The notes under the pieces are model-generated. The model ran no database searches. It had not been told where the DNA came from and saw only the letters and a list, made by a program, of their open reading frames with translations. From assembly GCA_965602015.1 (NCBI GenBank), contig OZ271918.1, forward strand, positions 1,600,001 to 1,664,000: a stretch of 64,000 nucleotides of DNA, read 5' to 3'. The DNA is from Salinispira sp. Lineage in GTDB: Bacteria; Spirochaetota; Spirochaetia; DSM-27196; Salinispiraceae. Numbering within the stretch: position 1 is the first letter of the stretch; each line of letters opens with the position of its first letter. Shown here in pieces: positions 41,069 to 50,668 of the stretch. The translations under genes and the position numbers were made by a program.

Positions 41069-43123
41069 ATGGACAAACTCGAACTGGTAATTATTGAAGA
41101 CGACGCGATTATAGGCCTTGATCTTAAGCGCCGCCTCAACCGGATGGGAATCCAGACAGTTCATATTTTCTCAGATGCGCCAAAGGCGCTTCATCATCTA
41201 CGTGAAGAGCGCTGCGACCTGGTGCTCATGGATATCCGCTTACCCGGTGAGATGGATGGTATCGACGCGGCGGCGATCATCAGGAAGCGCTACGGCATCC
41301 CGGTGGTTTTCGTAACGGGCTACGCAGATGAGGCCACCCTGGAGAGGGCCCGCATCGCTGAACCGATGGGCTATATCCTCAAACCCTTCAAAGAACACGA
41401 AATCTACGCAACCATCACCATAGCGGTATACAAGAGTCAAATGGAGTCCGAACTTCGTACCCAGAAAGAAATGCAGAGTTCGATTCTCAATAATATCCAG
41501 GATGCCATCATCACAACGGATGAGGATATTTGCATCCAGTTTATGAACCCAAAAGCAATGAAACTTCTTAATATCGATAACTTCGCCATCCAACGGGAGC
41601 TGGGAGGCTATTCAACAGAACTGGAAGATTTCTGCCGCAAGCTGCTGGGAACCGGCACCGGCCATTCCCAGAGATGGGAAAACCACCTGCTGAGCATAAA
41701 TGAGCAGCTGCTCATCGTCGACCTGAGCATTTCCCGCCTGATGCTCAGCGAAAGCGACGACAAGAGCAAAGGCTACCTCATCGTCATTCATGACAACACC
41801 CAGCTCAAAACGATGGAAGCACAGGTTGCATTTCACGAAACCCACGACCGCCTCACCGGGCTGGTGAACCGAACCGAGTTTCAGGCGGACCTCGACAGGG
41901 AGCTGGGTAAGTCCTGGGAGGATCTGCAGCAGCGCAGCCTTGTTTTCTTCGACGTTAATCAATTCACCATGGTGAATGAACTGCACGGTCATCTCGCCGG
42001 TGATGAACTTCTCAAGGCCGTAGCCCGCCGGCTCCAGACGTCCTTCCCCAATGCCCTGTCGGTGTCCCGGCTGGGTGATGACGAGTTTGCCCTTATTCTG
42101 CAAAACCAGGAGCAAACCAGCAATGAGGGTCAGGTCAGGCAGTTCCTTCAGGAAATCAATTACAGCAAGTTCGACTTTCAGGGCGAACAGTTCCCCTACA
42201 GTCTGACCGCTGGAATGACTCATTTCAGCAAGGAAGTGCTGAATTCCCATGTTCTGTTGAGCATCGCTATCGATGCTACCCTCCTGGCGAAAAAAGATGT
42301 CAGCGGGTATTTTCGTCTGCTCAGCCTCGAGGATGAAGTGTTTCTCAAGCGGCGAGGCGAGCTGAAGTGGATTAGCGTCATCACCGAAGCCCTTGAGTCC
42401 GACCGATTTTCACTCTATTACCAGCCGATCGAACCGATACGAAAGGACTCAGATCTTGGCTATAAGGTCGAACTGCTATTGCGGCTCAGAGGTGAAAATG
42501 ATGAAATCATCCCGCCCGGCGAGTTTATCCCTGCGGCGGAGCGCTACGATCTGATGCATTTGGTAGACCAGTGGGTAATCAAGACCCTATTAAGAAATTT
42601 CCGTCAGGCAGAACTGGCGGTGGGAAGGGAGAACACGGTTTTTTGCATCAATCTGTCCGGATCATCAATGCTCAACAGCAGCCTCAAGGATTTTATTATC
42701 AGGGAAATCAGTGAGAACGAGGTGGACCCCCGTCAGATTTGTCTGGAAGTGACAGAGACCGCCGCAATATCGAACATGACCAATGCCACCGAGCTCATAC
42801 GGGAGCTGCGGGAATTCGGCTGTCTTTTTGCCTTGGATGATTTCGGGAACGGATTCTCTAATTTTAATTACTTGAGATATCTATCCGTCGATTACCTCAA
42901 AATTGACGGCAGCTTCGTCCGGAATATGCATGAGGACAGCATATCCCGGGCCATGGTCGAGGCGATTCACCGGCTCGCCAAGGCGGTCAATATCCGTACC
43001 ATCGCGGAATTCGTCGGGAATATGGAAATTTTACGGATTCTCGATGAAATCGGGGTTGAGTACGCCCAGGGATTCGTTCTCGCCCGGCCGACTCCCCTTC
43101 TTGAGACACGCACAGCGGTTTGA
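41069..43123 (+). CDS. REC-PAS-GGDEF-EAL c-di-GMP signalling protein
   Basis: REC with LMD; PAS; HDRLTGL.NR, RLGDDEF; ELLLR, EVTET, DDFGNG, LKIDGSF, AEFV. Confidence 0.92.
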   Translation: MDKLELVIIEDDAIIGLDLKRRLNRMGIQTVHIFSDAPKALHHLREERCDLVLMDIRLPGEMDGIDAAAIIRKRYGIPVVFVTGYADEATLERARIAEPMGYILKPFKEHEIYATITIAVYKSQMESELRTQKEMQSSILNNIQDAIITTDEDICIQFMNPKAMKLLNIDNFAIQRELGGYSTELEDFCRKLLGTGTGHSQRWENHLLSINEQLLIVDLSISRLMLSESDDKSKGYLIVIHDNTQLKTMEAQVAFHETHDRLTGLVNRTEFQADLDRELGKSWEDLQQRSLVFFDVNQFTMVNELHGHLAGDELLKAVARRLQTSFPNALSVSRLGDDEFALILQNQEQTSNEGQVRQFLQEINYSKFDFQGEQFPYSLTAGMTHFSKEVLNSHVLLSIAIDATLLAKKDVSGYFRLLSLEDEVFLKRRGELKWISVITEALESDRFSLYYQPIEPIRKDSDLGYKVELLLRLRGENDEIIPPGEFIPAAERYDLMHLVDQWVIKTLLRNFRQAELAVGRENTVFCINLSGSSMLNSSLKDFIIREISENEVDPRQICLEVTETAAISNMTNATELIRELREFGCLFALDDFGNGFSNFNYLRYLSVDYLKIDGSFVRNMHEDSISRAMVEAIHRLAKAVNIRTIAEFVGNMEILRILDEIGVEYAQGFVLARPTPLLETRTAV

Positions 43124-43800
43124 CGGGGGCGGTAGTGGACAACGCAGAACATCAAAAGTATATCGCAGAGCAGATGCACAGGGTTAAGAATAATTTCCAG
43201 CTGGTGCTCAGTCTGATAAATCTCCAAAGCGACTTCGCCGCGCTGCTTAGCAAGGAAGAGGCGTCGATGCGGCTGATGACCAGGGTGCACGCCATCGCCC
43301 TCGTACAGGAACTGCTGTATCTCGATTACCGCCGGACCGTGGATGCGGGAGGCGACACCCGGGCTGCGGGATTTGAGTTGAGGGAGTTGATCTTGCGGCT
43401 CATCGATTATGCATCCGGAGTCTATGGGGAAAGCGCGTACCACAGTCGGATGCGAATCGAACTTCCCGAGGGATACGAACTGGGAAGCCATGAAGGGGTA
43501 GCCGCCGCGTTGATTTTTAACGAACTGATAGTAAATAACCTGGTTCACGGCCCTCGGGGCAATGGCATACGATGTGAAATCACCGGAGAATCCCGTGGGG
43601 AAGCGCTGATCATTCAGATCCGGCAGGCAAACAGCTCCTGCCGCTTGGAAAACAACGTTCCCGCCCCCGCCGGATTGGGAAGCATTCTGGTTGAAAACTA
43701 TCTTGCTCAGCTCAATGGTCGGGTCGAATATGCAAACAGCGACGGTGACTTTGTGATTACTCTTTCACTTCCTCGGGGCAGCTTTCACCCTCTCACGTAA
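43120..43800 (+). CDS. HisKA_2-type histidine kinase without a sensor domain
   Basis: HRVKNN H-box, NEL..N N-box, GLG G2-box; 4-nt overlap with the upstream gene. Confidence 0.7.
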   Translation: MTGAVVDNAEHQKYIAEQMHRVKNNFQLVLSLINLQSDFAALLSKEEASMRLMTRVHAIALVQELLYLDYRRTVDAGGDTRAAGFELRELILRLIDYASGVYGESAYHSRMRIELPEGYELGSHEGVAAALIFNELIVNNLVHGPRGNGIRCEITGESRGEALIIQIRQANSSCRLENNVPAPAGLGSILVENYLAQLNGRVEYANSDGDFVITLSLPRGSFHPLT

Positions 43801-44524
43801 GAGCTCTGCGGGCGATAAAAATTGGCTTTTGACTTCGGGAATGCAGCGGGCGAAAGGAAAAATCGTCAAAGCAGGCAAGAAGGTCAAGACCGCCAGATCG
43901 AATCATTGCGGTCATTTCTTTTGGGGAGTATACCCGCTGGACATGTTCTTCGATATACCGCTCGCCGCCGATATCAAAGGTAAAGACGGTAACTCCCTGT
44001 CGCTTCAGGGGCCGATAACGGGTCTTTTGGGTGATACTTCCGTCGGGAACACTAAACTCCTCACGCACCCCGTGGTATCTCCAGTAGATTTCCGGGGTAT
44101 TGCTGTCAAAGATTACCAGGCCCCCGGGCGCCAATTGCGAAGCCAAATGCCGGAGGCAGGCAATGACCTCGCGCTTGTCATGTAAGTAATTGATGGCGTC
44201 ATATGCCAATACAATGCAGTGGGTGCTGTGGGGAAAGGTGAAGGTTCTCATATCTCCCTGATAAAATCTGGGCCCGTCAGCAGGGGATCGCGATACTGCT
44301 TCATCAATCATTTCGCAACTCACATCAACTCCGAAACAGTCAAAACCCCGTTCCTGAAGCAGCCGGGTTACATGTCCGGTGCCGCAGCCCATATCGCAGA
44401 GGCTCCGGGGAGTTTCCCGGGGAAGAAATTCAGTAAAGGCTTCTTCAATGAACTCAGGGTAATCCTGACTGTACTCTTCCCAGTGGTAGTGATAATAGCG
44501 GGAGAACATCTCATAGCGGCGCAT
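43793..44524 (-). CDS. class I SAM-dependent methyltransferase (YqeM-like)
   Basis: DMGCGTG, GVDVS.EM, QGDMR, DAINYL, LAPGGLVIFD. Confidence 0.85.
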   Translation of the reverse strand: MRRYEMFSRYYHYHWEEYSQDYPEFIEEAFTEFLPRETPRSLCDMGCGTGHVTRLLQERGFDCFGVDVSCEMIDEAVSRSPADGPRFYQGDMRTFTFPHSTHCIVLAYDAINYLHDKREVIACLRHLASQLAPGGLVIFDSNTPEIYWRYHGVREEFSVPDGSITQKTRYRPLKRQGVTVFTFDIGGERYIEEHVQRVYSPKEMTAMIRSGGLDLLACFDDFSFRPLHSRSQKPIFIARRALT

Positions 44525-44552
44525 TACACGATGATAGCATAACCGGGCCGGC

Positions 44553-46661
44553 ATGCACGAGCATATGCGACTGCTTGTGTCCCTCAAGCCTTTCCGGGCA
44601 CTATGCCCTATGGCCTTTTCCGCAGAAATCCTTTCTGACCGGCTGACGCGGCTGGAGAATATGCAGGGCTCGGATCCCGGTTTCGCGCTTCTGGCAGTGC
44701 TCTCCTTCGTCGAGTCGTTGCTAAGAGAGTACCTCGATGATTTCTCCCCCCGAACCTCAATGCCCGAGCTCATGCAAAGGTTCGGCGAGTCGTATTTCAA
44801 ACCCGGGACCTACCGGCTTTCGGCCGATAGAAGCGCTGTCGAGCTGCTGCACTACCAAAGGCTTGCCAACAATGTCCGACATCACTTTGCGAAAATCAGC
44901 GCTGAAGAATTGCAAGCGGCGCTGTTTAGGCTTTTCGCCTTTATTCGGCGGCTCAATATTCCCGGAGATGAAATATCCGGGCAACTGAAGCGAATCGAGC
45001 AATCCCTGGATGTATGGAACAGCAGAAAAAGTCACTTCGAAGATTTTCAAAAGCTGCTCGAGACCGGTTTTGAGCTGACCAGAAGCCTGCAGGAAAACAG
45101 TCTGCTTCGGGTCCAGCTCGACGGACGTATCAGCGAAATAAATCGAATGAGGCAATCAGGCCCATCAGAAACGTTCAACGAGCTGCCTGAAGACAACAGC
45201 CGGGAATCCTCGTATATCCGCCACCTCCGGCGCCTCAGTATGTATGCCCGCAGCCGCAGGGACTTCGAGCGGCAGCTGATAGAAGCCAGTGACGAGCAAA
45301 ATGCAGTTTTACGCAGAATACCGTCGGAGGGTGATTTCCTAGTCAGCGGCTCGGCGGGAACCGGTAAAACCCTGCTTCTAATCCTCGCCCTCGCAAACTA
45401 CGTGCGGAACCATGCCGGCGAACTCGACTTCTCGGCAGCCGTCGAACGGGTAAGCCTCCTGACCTATACAACGACCTTAACCAAGTACAACAGATATTTG
45501 GCAGGTCTGATTGGAGACAGCAGCCTTGAAATCCGCTACTCGACGGTGGATGCCCTGCTGAACCGCTTGATGGAGGAGCAGCTCGACGGACGCAGCATAC
45601 TCTATTCGACAGAAGACTTCCTTCCCATGTTTTTACAGGCCTATCATCCGGACTGCGGCCTGGACGCCCCCGACGCCCTGGATGAAATTGAGAACTACCT
45701 TTTTGCCCATAACATTTCCCGGGGAATATATATTGACGAGGCCGTGCTGAGGCGGGGCCGGGAGAAACCCCTTTCGCTCGATCAGAGACGAAGCATTTGG
45801 AATCAGAGAGACCGATTTTCTCAGCTTATGGAGGATACCCATCGGTACACCCGAAATTTCGGGAGGATACGTCTGCTGGAGAATATCGAGCAGCGAAGGT
45901 CGCTGGGAACTTTTACCCCGCCCTATAAAAAACTGTTTATCGATGAAATACAGGATTTAAATCTCGCTGACATCATGCTTCTCAAAAATATTTGCGGCGG
46001 AGGCCTGGTGATGGCCGGAGACCGGGACCAGAGCATTTTTATCGGCGGCTTTTCCTTCGAGTCCGCCGGCGTTATGCTGAGCAGGGGGAACAGCGCGATT
46101 CTCCGGAGAAACTTCCGGAACAGCGAGGGCATACAGCGCTTTGCCGCCGGTCTTCGGGAAACCGAAGATCCTTCGGCATTAAGTCATCGGACCGGTCCGC
46201 CGGTGGAGCTGTTTCCCCATGCGGCCGCGGACGAAGGCCTGCAGCGGGTCGTGGAGCGCTGCGATTTCGCCATTTCCGAGCTGGGTTACAGCCCTGAAAG
46301 CCTGGTTATCCTCAGCCCGAGGGGGAACGAACTCAAAGGTATTCGCCAGCTTCTCGAGCAGCGAGGCATAAACGCATTCCCGGTGAGGGGGAGACAGTTC
46401 GATTTCTCCCAAACCCCGGGGGTTCGGCTGTCCACCCTCCATTCGGTAAAGGGACTGGATTTCGCGGGGGTTTTGACGTATATCCCCAGCGATATTTACA
46501 CCGGCAAACATTACGACCAGCGGCTCGCATCTAACCTGCTCTACGTTGCCTCCACCAGGGCAATGGAGCTGCTCTGGTTTTTTTGCGAGGAAGGCAGTCC
46601 GGTCCACCGACAACTGTCGGCCGCTTTGGAAAATGGCTATTCACCAAGGAGCAAATCGTAA
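44553..46661 (+). CDS. SF1/UvrD-like helicase with N-terminal helical (HEPN/DUF4145-like) domain; start may be 44610
   Basis: GSAGTGKT, IDEIQD, GD.DQSIF, NFRNS, TLHSVKGLDF, LYVASTRA. Confidence 0.8.
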   Translation: MHEHMRLLVSLKPFRALCPMAFSAEILSDRLTRLENMQGSDPGFALLAVLSFVESLLREYLDDFSPRTSMPELMQRFGESYFKPGTYRLSADRSAVELLHYQRLANNVRHHFAKISAEELQAALFRLFAFIRRLNIPGDEISGQLKRIEQSLDVWNSRKSHFEDFQKLLETGFELTRSLQENSLLRVQLDGRISEINRMRQSGPSETFNELPEDNSRESSYIRHLRRLSMYARSRRDFERQLIEASDEQNAVLRRIPSEGDFLVSGSAGTGKTLLLILALANYVRNHAGELDFSAAVERVSLLTYTTTLTKYNRYLAGLIGDSSLEIRYSTVDALLNRLMEEQLDGRSILYSTEDFLPMFLQAYHPDCGLDAPDALDEIENYLFAHNISRGIYIDEAVLRRGREKPLSLDQRRSIWNQRDRFSQLMEDTHRYTRNFGRIRLLENIEQRRSLGTFTPPYKKLFIDEIQDLNLADIMLLKNICGGGLVMAGDRDQSIFIGGFSFESAGVMLSRGNSAILRRNFRNSEGIQRFAAGLRETEDPSALSHRTGPPVELFPHAAADEGLQRVVERCDFAISELGYSPESLVILSPRGNELKGIRQLLEQRGINAFPVRGRQFDFSQTPGVRLSTLHSVKGLDFAGVLTYIPSDIYTGKHYDQRLASNLLYVASTRAMELLWFFCEEGSPVHRQLSAALENGYSPRSKS

Positions 46662-46680
46662 AGCCTCAACCCGCCGAGCC

Positions 46681-47565
46681 TCAGCGATGGGAAATAATGC
46701 GGTATCCCTGACGGAATCCCCGGAGCTTGCGGGCCATTTGGGTAAGAAAACTGATTCGGGATGTGGTGGGAGGATGGGACTTGAACAGTCCGCTTATTCC
46801 CCTGCTCTCGGATATCCGACTTCGGGGCACCGCAACCTGACGTCCGAACCAGTTGACGTAAACCGGCGCGCTCTCCAGTTTGTGAAGGGCGCTGGTAAGG
46901 CTCATGGGATCGGCAATAAGCTGGGCTGCAGAATAATCCGCACCGTACTCCCGCAGGCGCATTATTGTCCGTTCCACCAGGACCGCGAGAACCGCAGTGA
47001 CACCCAAGGCGAGAAGTGACTGGGTAATCGGTATAAAGAACAGCAGCAGGGGGGCGAAAATGAGCAACGCGAGTATCATTCTGGGGACCGCTGTATATAC
47101 TGATCTGAAATGAGCCAGCAGGGTGAGCAGTCGGATGTCCCCGTGCTTGATGTGACTAATCTCGTGAGCCAGCACCGCCTCAAGTTCAGGTCTGGTCAGT
47201 GAAGAAATCAGTTGATTGCTCACGATGATCGCCGGGCCCTCTTCGGTTTCTACCGCGGCGGCGTTTGCCGATGGCTGCTCGCTGATATACACATCAGGTA
47301 CCCGATCGAGTCGGGCCCGGGCCGACAAGTCTGCAACAATGGCGTAAAGCGGTCCGTTGTAGTACGGCGACAGATGGTGCACGCCGGGAATTCTCTCGGG
47401 GTCGACCTTAGAAGCACCGAGGACGCCGCTGCCCAGCAGGACTAAGGCGGCCAAAAACAGCAGAGACGGCAGACCGAGCACCAGCGCCGGAAGAGCAAAA
47501 AAGACCCCGGTTAACAGGATGGTGGCCGCGTTCATGCTGTGACGATTATACACTATTGATCCCAT
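46681..47565 (-). CDS. htpX: M48 zinc metalloprotease, HtpX-like
   Basis: NAAA, ELEAVLAHEISH, REYGAD, SHPP...R; GAGG RBS. Confidence 0.85.
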   Translation of the reverse strand: MGSIVYNRHSMNAATILLTGVFFALPALVLGLPSLLFLAALVLLGSGVLGASKVDPERIPGVHHLSPYYNGPLYAIVADLSARARLDRVPDVYISEQPSANAAAVETEEGPAIIVSNQLISSLTRPELEAVLAHEISHIKHGDIRLLTLLAHFRSVYTAVPRMILALLIFAPLLLFFIPITQSLLALGVTAVLAVLVERTIMRLREYGADYSAAQLIADPMSLTSALHKLESAPVYVNWFGRQVAVPRSRISESRGISGLFKSHPPTTSRISFLTQMARKLRGFRQGYRIISHR

Positions 47566-47585
47566 ATATACCTCTGAGAGTAATA

Positions 47586-47602
47586 AGCAAATTACATGCC
47601 AG
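47586..47602 (-). promoter_or_regulatory. sigma54 (-24/-12) promoter of htpX
   Basis: CTGGCATGTAATTTGCT with exact GG-N10-GC spacing. Confidence 0.7.
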
Positions 47603-47837
47603 GAACCAGTTTTGCTTTTTACAAATCGCGAAAGCAGCTAAATCACTATTATGCAGTGATTTACAACAGTTCCGTAGTAAACCGCCCACATGTTACCTGA
47701 TGCGAGGCATGACAAATGGGTCATATTTCCCCTGTTGCTCCACATCGGGGAAAAAACTGAGTATTTTAATCACACGAGGTTTGACAGAATGCCGGCTTAG
47801 TCGGAATACTTATGACCACGCAACTTTGGGAGGATCG

Positions 47838-50666
47838 ATGATGAAGAAGTATTTTACAGCAATTTTTCTGACGATAATCACAGCCTTAACAATAATTTCC
47901 TGCGCCACCGATGGGGTTTCCCCGGAACCGGTTGGCCAATCCGCCATTCCGCAGGATGAGGCAGTATTGCAGGGCAGGCTTGAAAATGGCCTGACATACT
48001 ATATTAGGGAAAATGCCAGGCCGGCGAACAAGGCGGAACTTCGCCTCGTTGTGAACGCCGGCTCGGTGCTCGAGGACGAAGATCAGCGAGGACTTGCCCA
48101 CTTTCTCGAGCACATGGCATTCAACGGAACAGAGAAGTATCCGGAAAATGAACTGGTTTCGTTTCTCCAGGAAATCGGAATGGAATTCGGCCCGGATATC
48201 AACGCCTACACAAGTTTTGATGAGACGGTGTATATGCTGTCGGTCCCCACCGATCGGGAAGGACTCCTCTCCCAGGGTTTTGAGGTTCTTGAAGAATGGG
48301 CATTTAATATGACCATCGACCGCGAAGAAGTGGTAAAAGAGCGGGGCGTCATTCTTGAAGAGTGGCGCTTGGGACGCGGTGCGAATCAGCGAATTCTGGA
48401 CCGCATTCTTCCGGTGCTTTTTGCGGATTCCCGATACGCCGTCCGACTGCCCATTGGAATCGAAGAAATCATCGTCAGCGCTGACCGGCAGCGGCTGGAG
48501 CGCTTTTACCGCGACTGGTATCGTCCCGAGCTCATGGCCATTGTGGCCGTCGGCGATTTCTCCGCAGAGGATGTGGAGCGGCAGATAATCGAACGTTTCT
48601 CGAGCTATTCCAATCCCGATAGCCCCCGCGAACGGGAACGATTTGACGTGCCCCGCCAGGATGAGCCCTTATTTGCCTTCGAGAGCGACCCCGAATCCAG
48701 CGTGGCATCAGTTGAAATACTCAATCGCTATGACGCCGCGGAATTACGGCAGCCCGAGGATTACAAAGAGCTTTTGGTGGATTCGCTGTTTTACTCCATG
48801 ATCAATTCCCGCTTATCCGAAATTGCACAGAGGGAAGACCCACCCTTCCTCACTGCCAGCGCCTATCAGTCTTCATACACCAGGTGGACCACTCACAGCG
48901 GAATAACGGCTCTTGTAAGCCCCTCGGGCATTAGCCGGGGCCTTGAAGCCATCTCTGCGGAATACGCAAGAATCTCCCAGCACGGATTCCTCGAGTCCGA
49001 GCTGGACCGTAGCCGACGAAATCTTCTCAGCGGCTTCGAATCGTTCTGGAAGGACCGGGATAACAGGGAGAGCGCATCCTTTCTCGGCTCGATTCAGGAA
49101 GCGTATTTAACGGGAACCCCGCTTCCGGACATAGATTGGGAATGGGAGCAGGCTCAACGCTGGCTCCCGGAAATTCAGCTCGGAGATTTTGCCGAACTGA
49201 TCGAAACCCGATTGGCGGATGACGATAGAATCGTGATCGTCAGCGGGCCGGAGGAGATAAACCGCTTCCCCCTGTCGGCCGAAGAAGCCCGCTTGATTTT
49301 TGCTACCGCGCTTGCGTCAAATCAGAACCCCTGGACCGAGGAACTGGCGGACGGTGTGCTCGTGGAGAATCCTCCTGCTGCCGGTCAAATCATTTCAGAA
49401 GATTATGATGAAAATGCCGGCATTTACAGCTGGAGCCTGTCTAACGGCGCCAGGGTCTATGTAAAACCCACGGATTTTAAGGAAGACGAAATACTGTTCA
49501 GCGCATTCAGTCCCGGCGGTCTTAGTCTGGTGTCCGATGATGAGTACGTATCGGGAAGCCTCGCCTCAACAATCGCCCAGATATCCGGCGTTGGTCAGTA
49601 CTCGTTGGTGGATCTCAACAAATTGCTTGCGGGCATAAACGTGAGCATCAGTCCCTACATCAGCGAATATGAAGAAGGGGTCAGCGGCTCGGCTACCCCG
49701 GCTGATCTCCAGACCCTGCTGGAGCTGAACTATCTCTTTTTTACCAGCCCGCGCAGGGATGACAGCGCATGGAACTCGTATTCCGGTCGTCTGGCGGAAT
49801 TCCTGCGCAACCAGGAACTGGACCCCCGCTATCAGTATCAGAACCGAATAAACGAGGTATTGTACGAGGATCACCCCCGCTCGAGGAACCTCCGCCCGGA
49901 GGATGTGGCCGAAGTTGACCTCACGAGCGCCATAGAGATTTATAGGCAGCGCTTCGCTGACGGCGGAGACTTCTCTTTTGTGTTTACCGGCAACGTCGAC
50001 CTGGAGCTTCTTCGTCCGCTTGTAGAGCAATGGATAGGCGGGCTGCCGGCCACGGGAAGCAATGAAAGCCCCGGAGATAACGGAATGGACTACTTCGCTG
50101 AAGATATACGCAGCGAACTGCGCCGGGGCATCGAAACCGCATCCATCGTCACCCAGGTATGGCACGGAGACGTGGAGTGGAGCTACGACAACCTGTATGA
50201 TATGGCAGCCCTGAGCGCAGCGCTGGATATCCTGCTCATCGAAGAAGTTCGGGAGGCCGCAGGGGGTACCTACTCGATTTATTCCACTTTCAGCATAGAC
50301 AATGTGCCCGACGAGGATTACCGATTCATCGTCCAGTTCAGCTCGGAGCCCGCCCGGGTCGATGAGCTCATCGGCCTGGTCAACGGAATTATCGAGCGAA
50401 TAGCCGAGGAAGGAATAGATCCGGACTACGCTGCGAAAGTATCAGAATCCCAGCGCATAAATTTTCGGGAAAACCTGGAACGAAATGGCTGGTGGAGTTC
50501 ACAGATGAAATTCCTGATAACCCAGGATCTCGGCTGGAATTACGCCACCGATAAACTTGAGTGGTACGACAACCTGACCGCTGATGATCTCAGTTCCTCG
50601 CTGCGGCGCTGGCTGACCGATGCGACCTACGGCGAGATTATTCTCTATCCGGAGGATTTTGAATAA
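47838..50666 (+). CDS. M16 zinc protease (PqqL-like) lipoprotein
   Basis: Lipobox IIS-C; LAHFLEHM (HxxEH), NAYTSFDETVY, ERGVILEE; GGAGG RBS. Confidence 0.92.
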   Translation: MMKKYFTAIFLTIITALTIISCATDGVSPEPVGQSAIPQDEAVLQGRLENGLTYYIRENARPANKAELRLVVNAGSVLEDEDQRGLAHFLEHMAFNGTEKYPENELVSFLQEIGMEFGPDINAYTSFDETVYMLSVPTDREGLLSQGFEVLEEWAFNMTIDREEVVKERGVILEEWRLGRGANQRILDRILPVLFADSRYAVRLPIGIEEIIVSADRQRLERFYRDWYRPELMAIVAVGDFSAEDVERQIIERFSSYSNPDSPRERERFDVPRQDEPLFAFESDPESSVASVEILNRYDAAELRQPEDYKELLVDSLFYSMINSRLSEIAQREDPPFLTASAYQSSYTRWTTHSGITALVSPSGISRGLEAISAEYARISQHGFLESELDRSRRNLLSGFESFWKDRDNRESASFLGSIQEAYLTGTPLPDIDWEWEQAQRWLPEIQLGDFAELIETRLADDDRIVIVSGPEEINRFPLSAEEARLIFATALASNQNPWTEELADGVLVENPPAAGQIISEDYDENAGIYSWSLSNGARVYVKPTDFKEDEILFSAFSPGGLSLVSDDEYVSGSLASTIAQISGVGQYSLVDLNKLLAGINVSISPYISEYEEGVSGSATPADLQTLLELNYLFFTSPRRDDSAWNSYSGRLAEFLRNQELDPRYQYQNRINEVLYEDHPRSRNLRPEDVAEVDLTSAIEIYRQRFADGGDFSFVFTGNVDLELLRPLVEQWIGGLPATGSNESPGDNGMDYFAEDIRSELRRGIETASIVTQVWHGDVEWSYDNLYDMAALSAALDILLIEEVREAAGGTYSIYSTFSIDNVPDEDYRFIVQFSSEPARVDELIGLVNGIIERIAEEGIDPDYAAKVSESQRINFRENLERNGWWSSQMKFLITQDLGWNYATDKLEWYDNLTADDLSSSLRRWLTDATYGEIILYPEDFE

Positions 50667-50668
50667 AC

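Noticed and set aside
47556..47837. 94-aa N-terminal extension of the M16 protease
   Set aside because: The RBS and lipoprotein signal begin at 47838; the region holds promoter elements.
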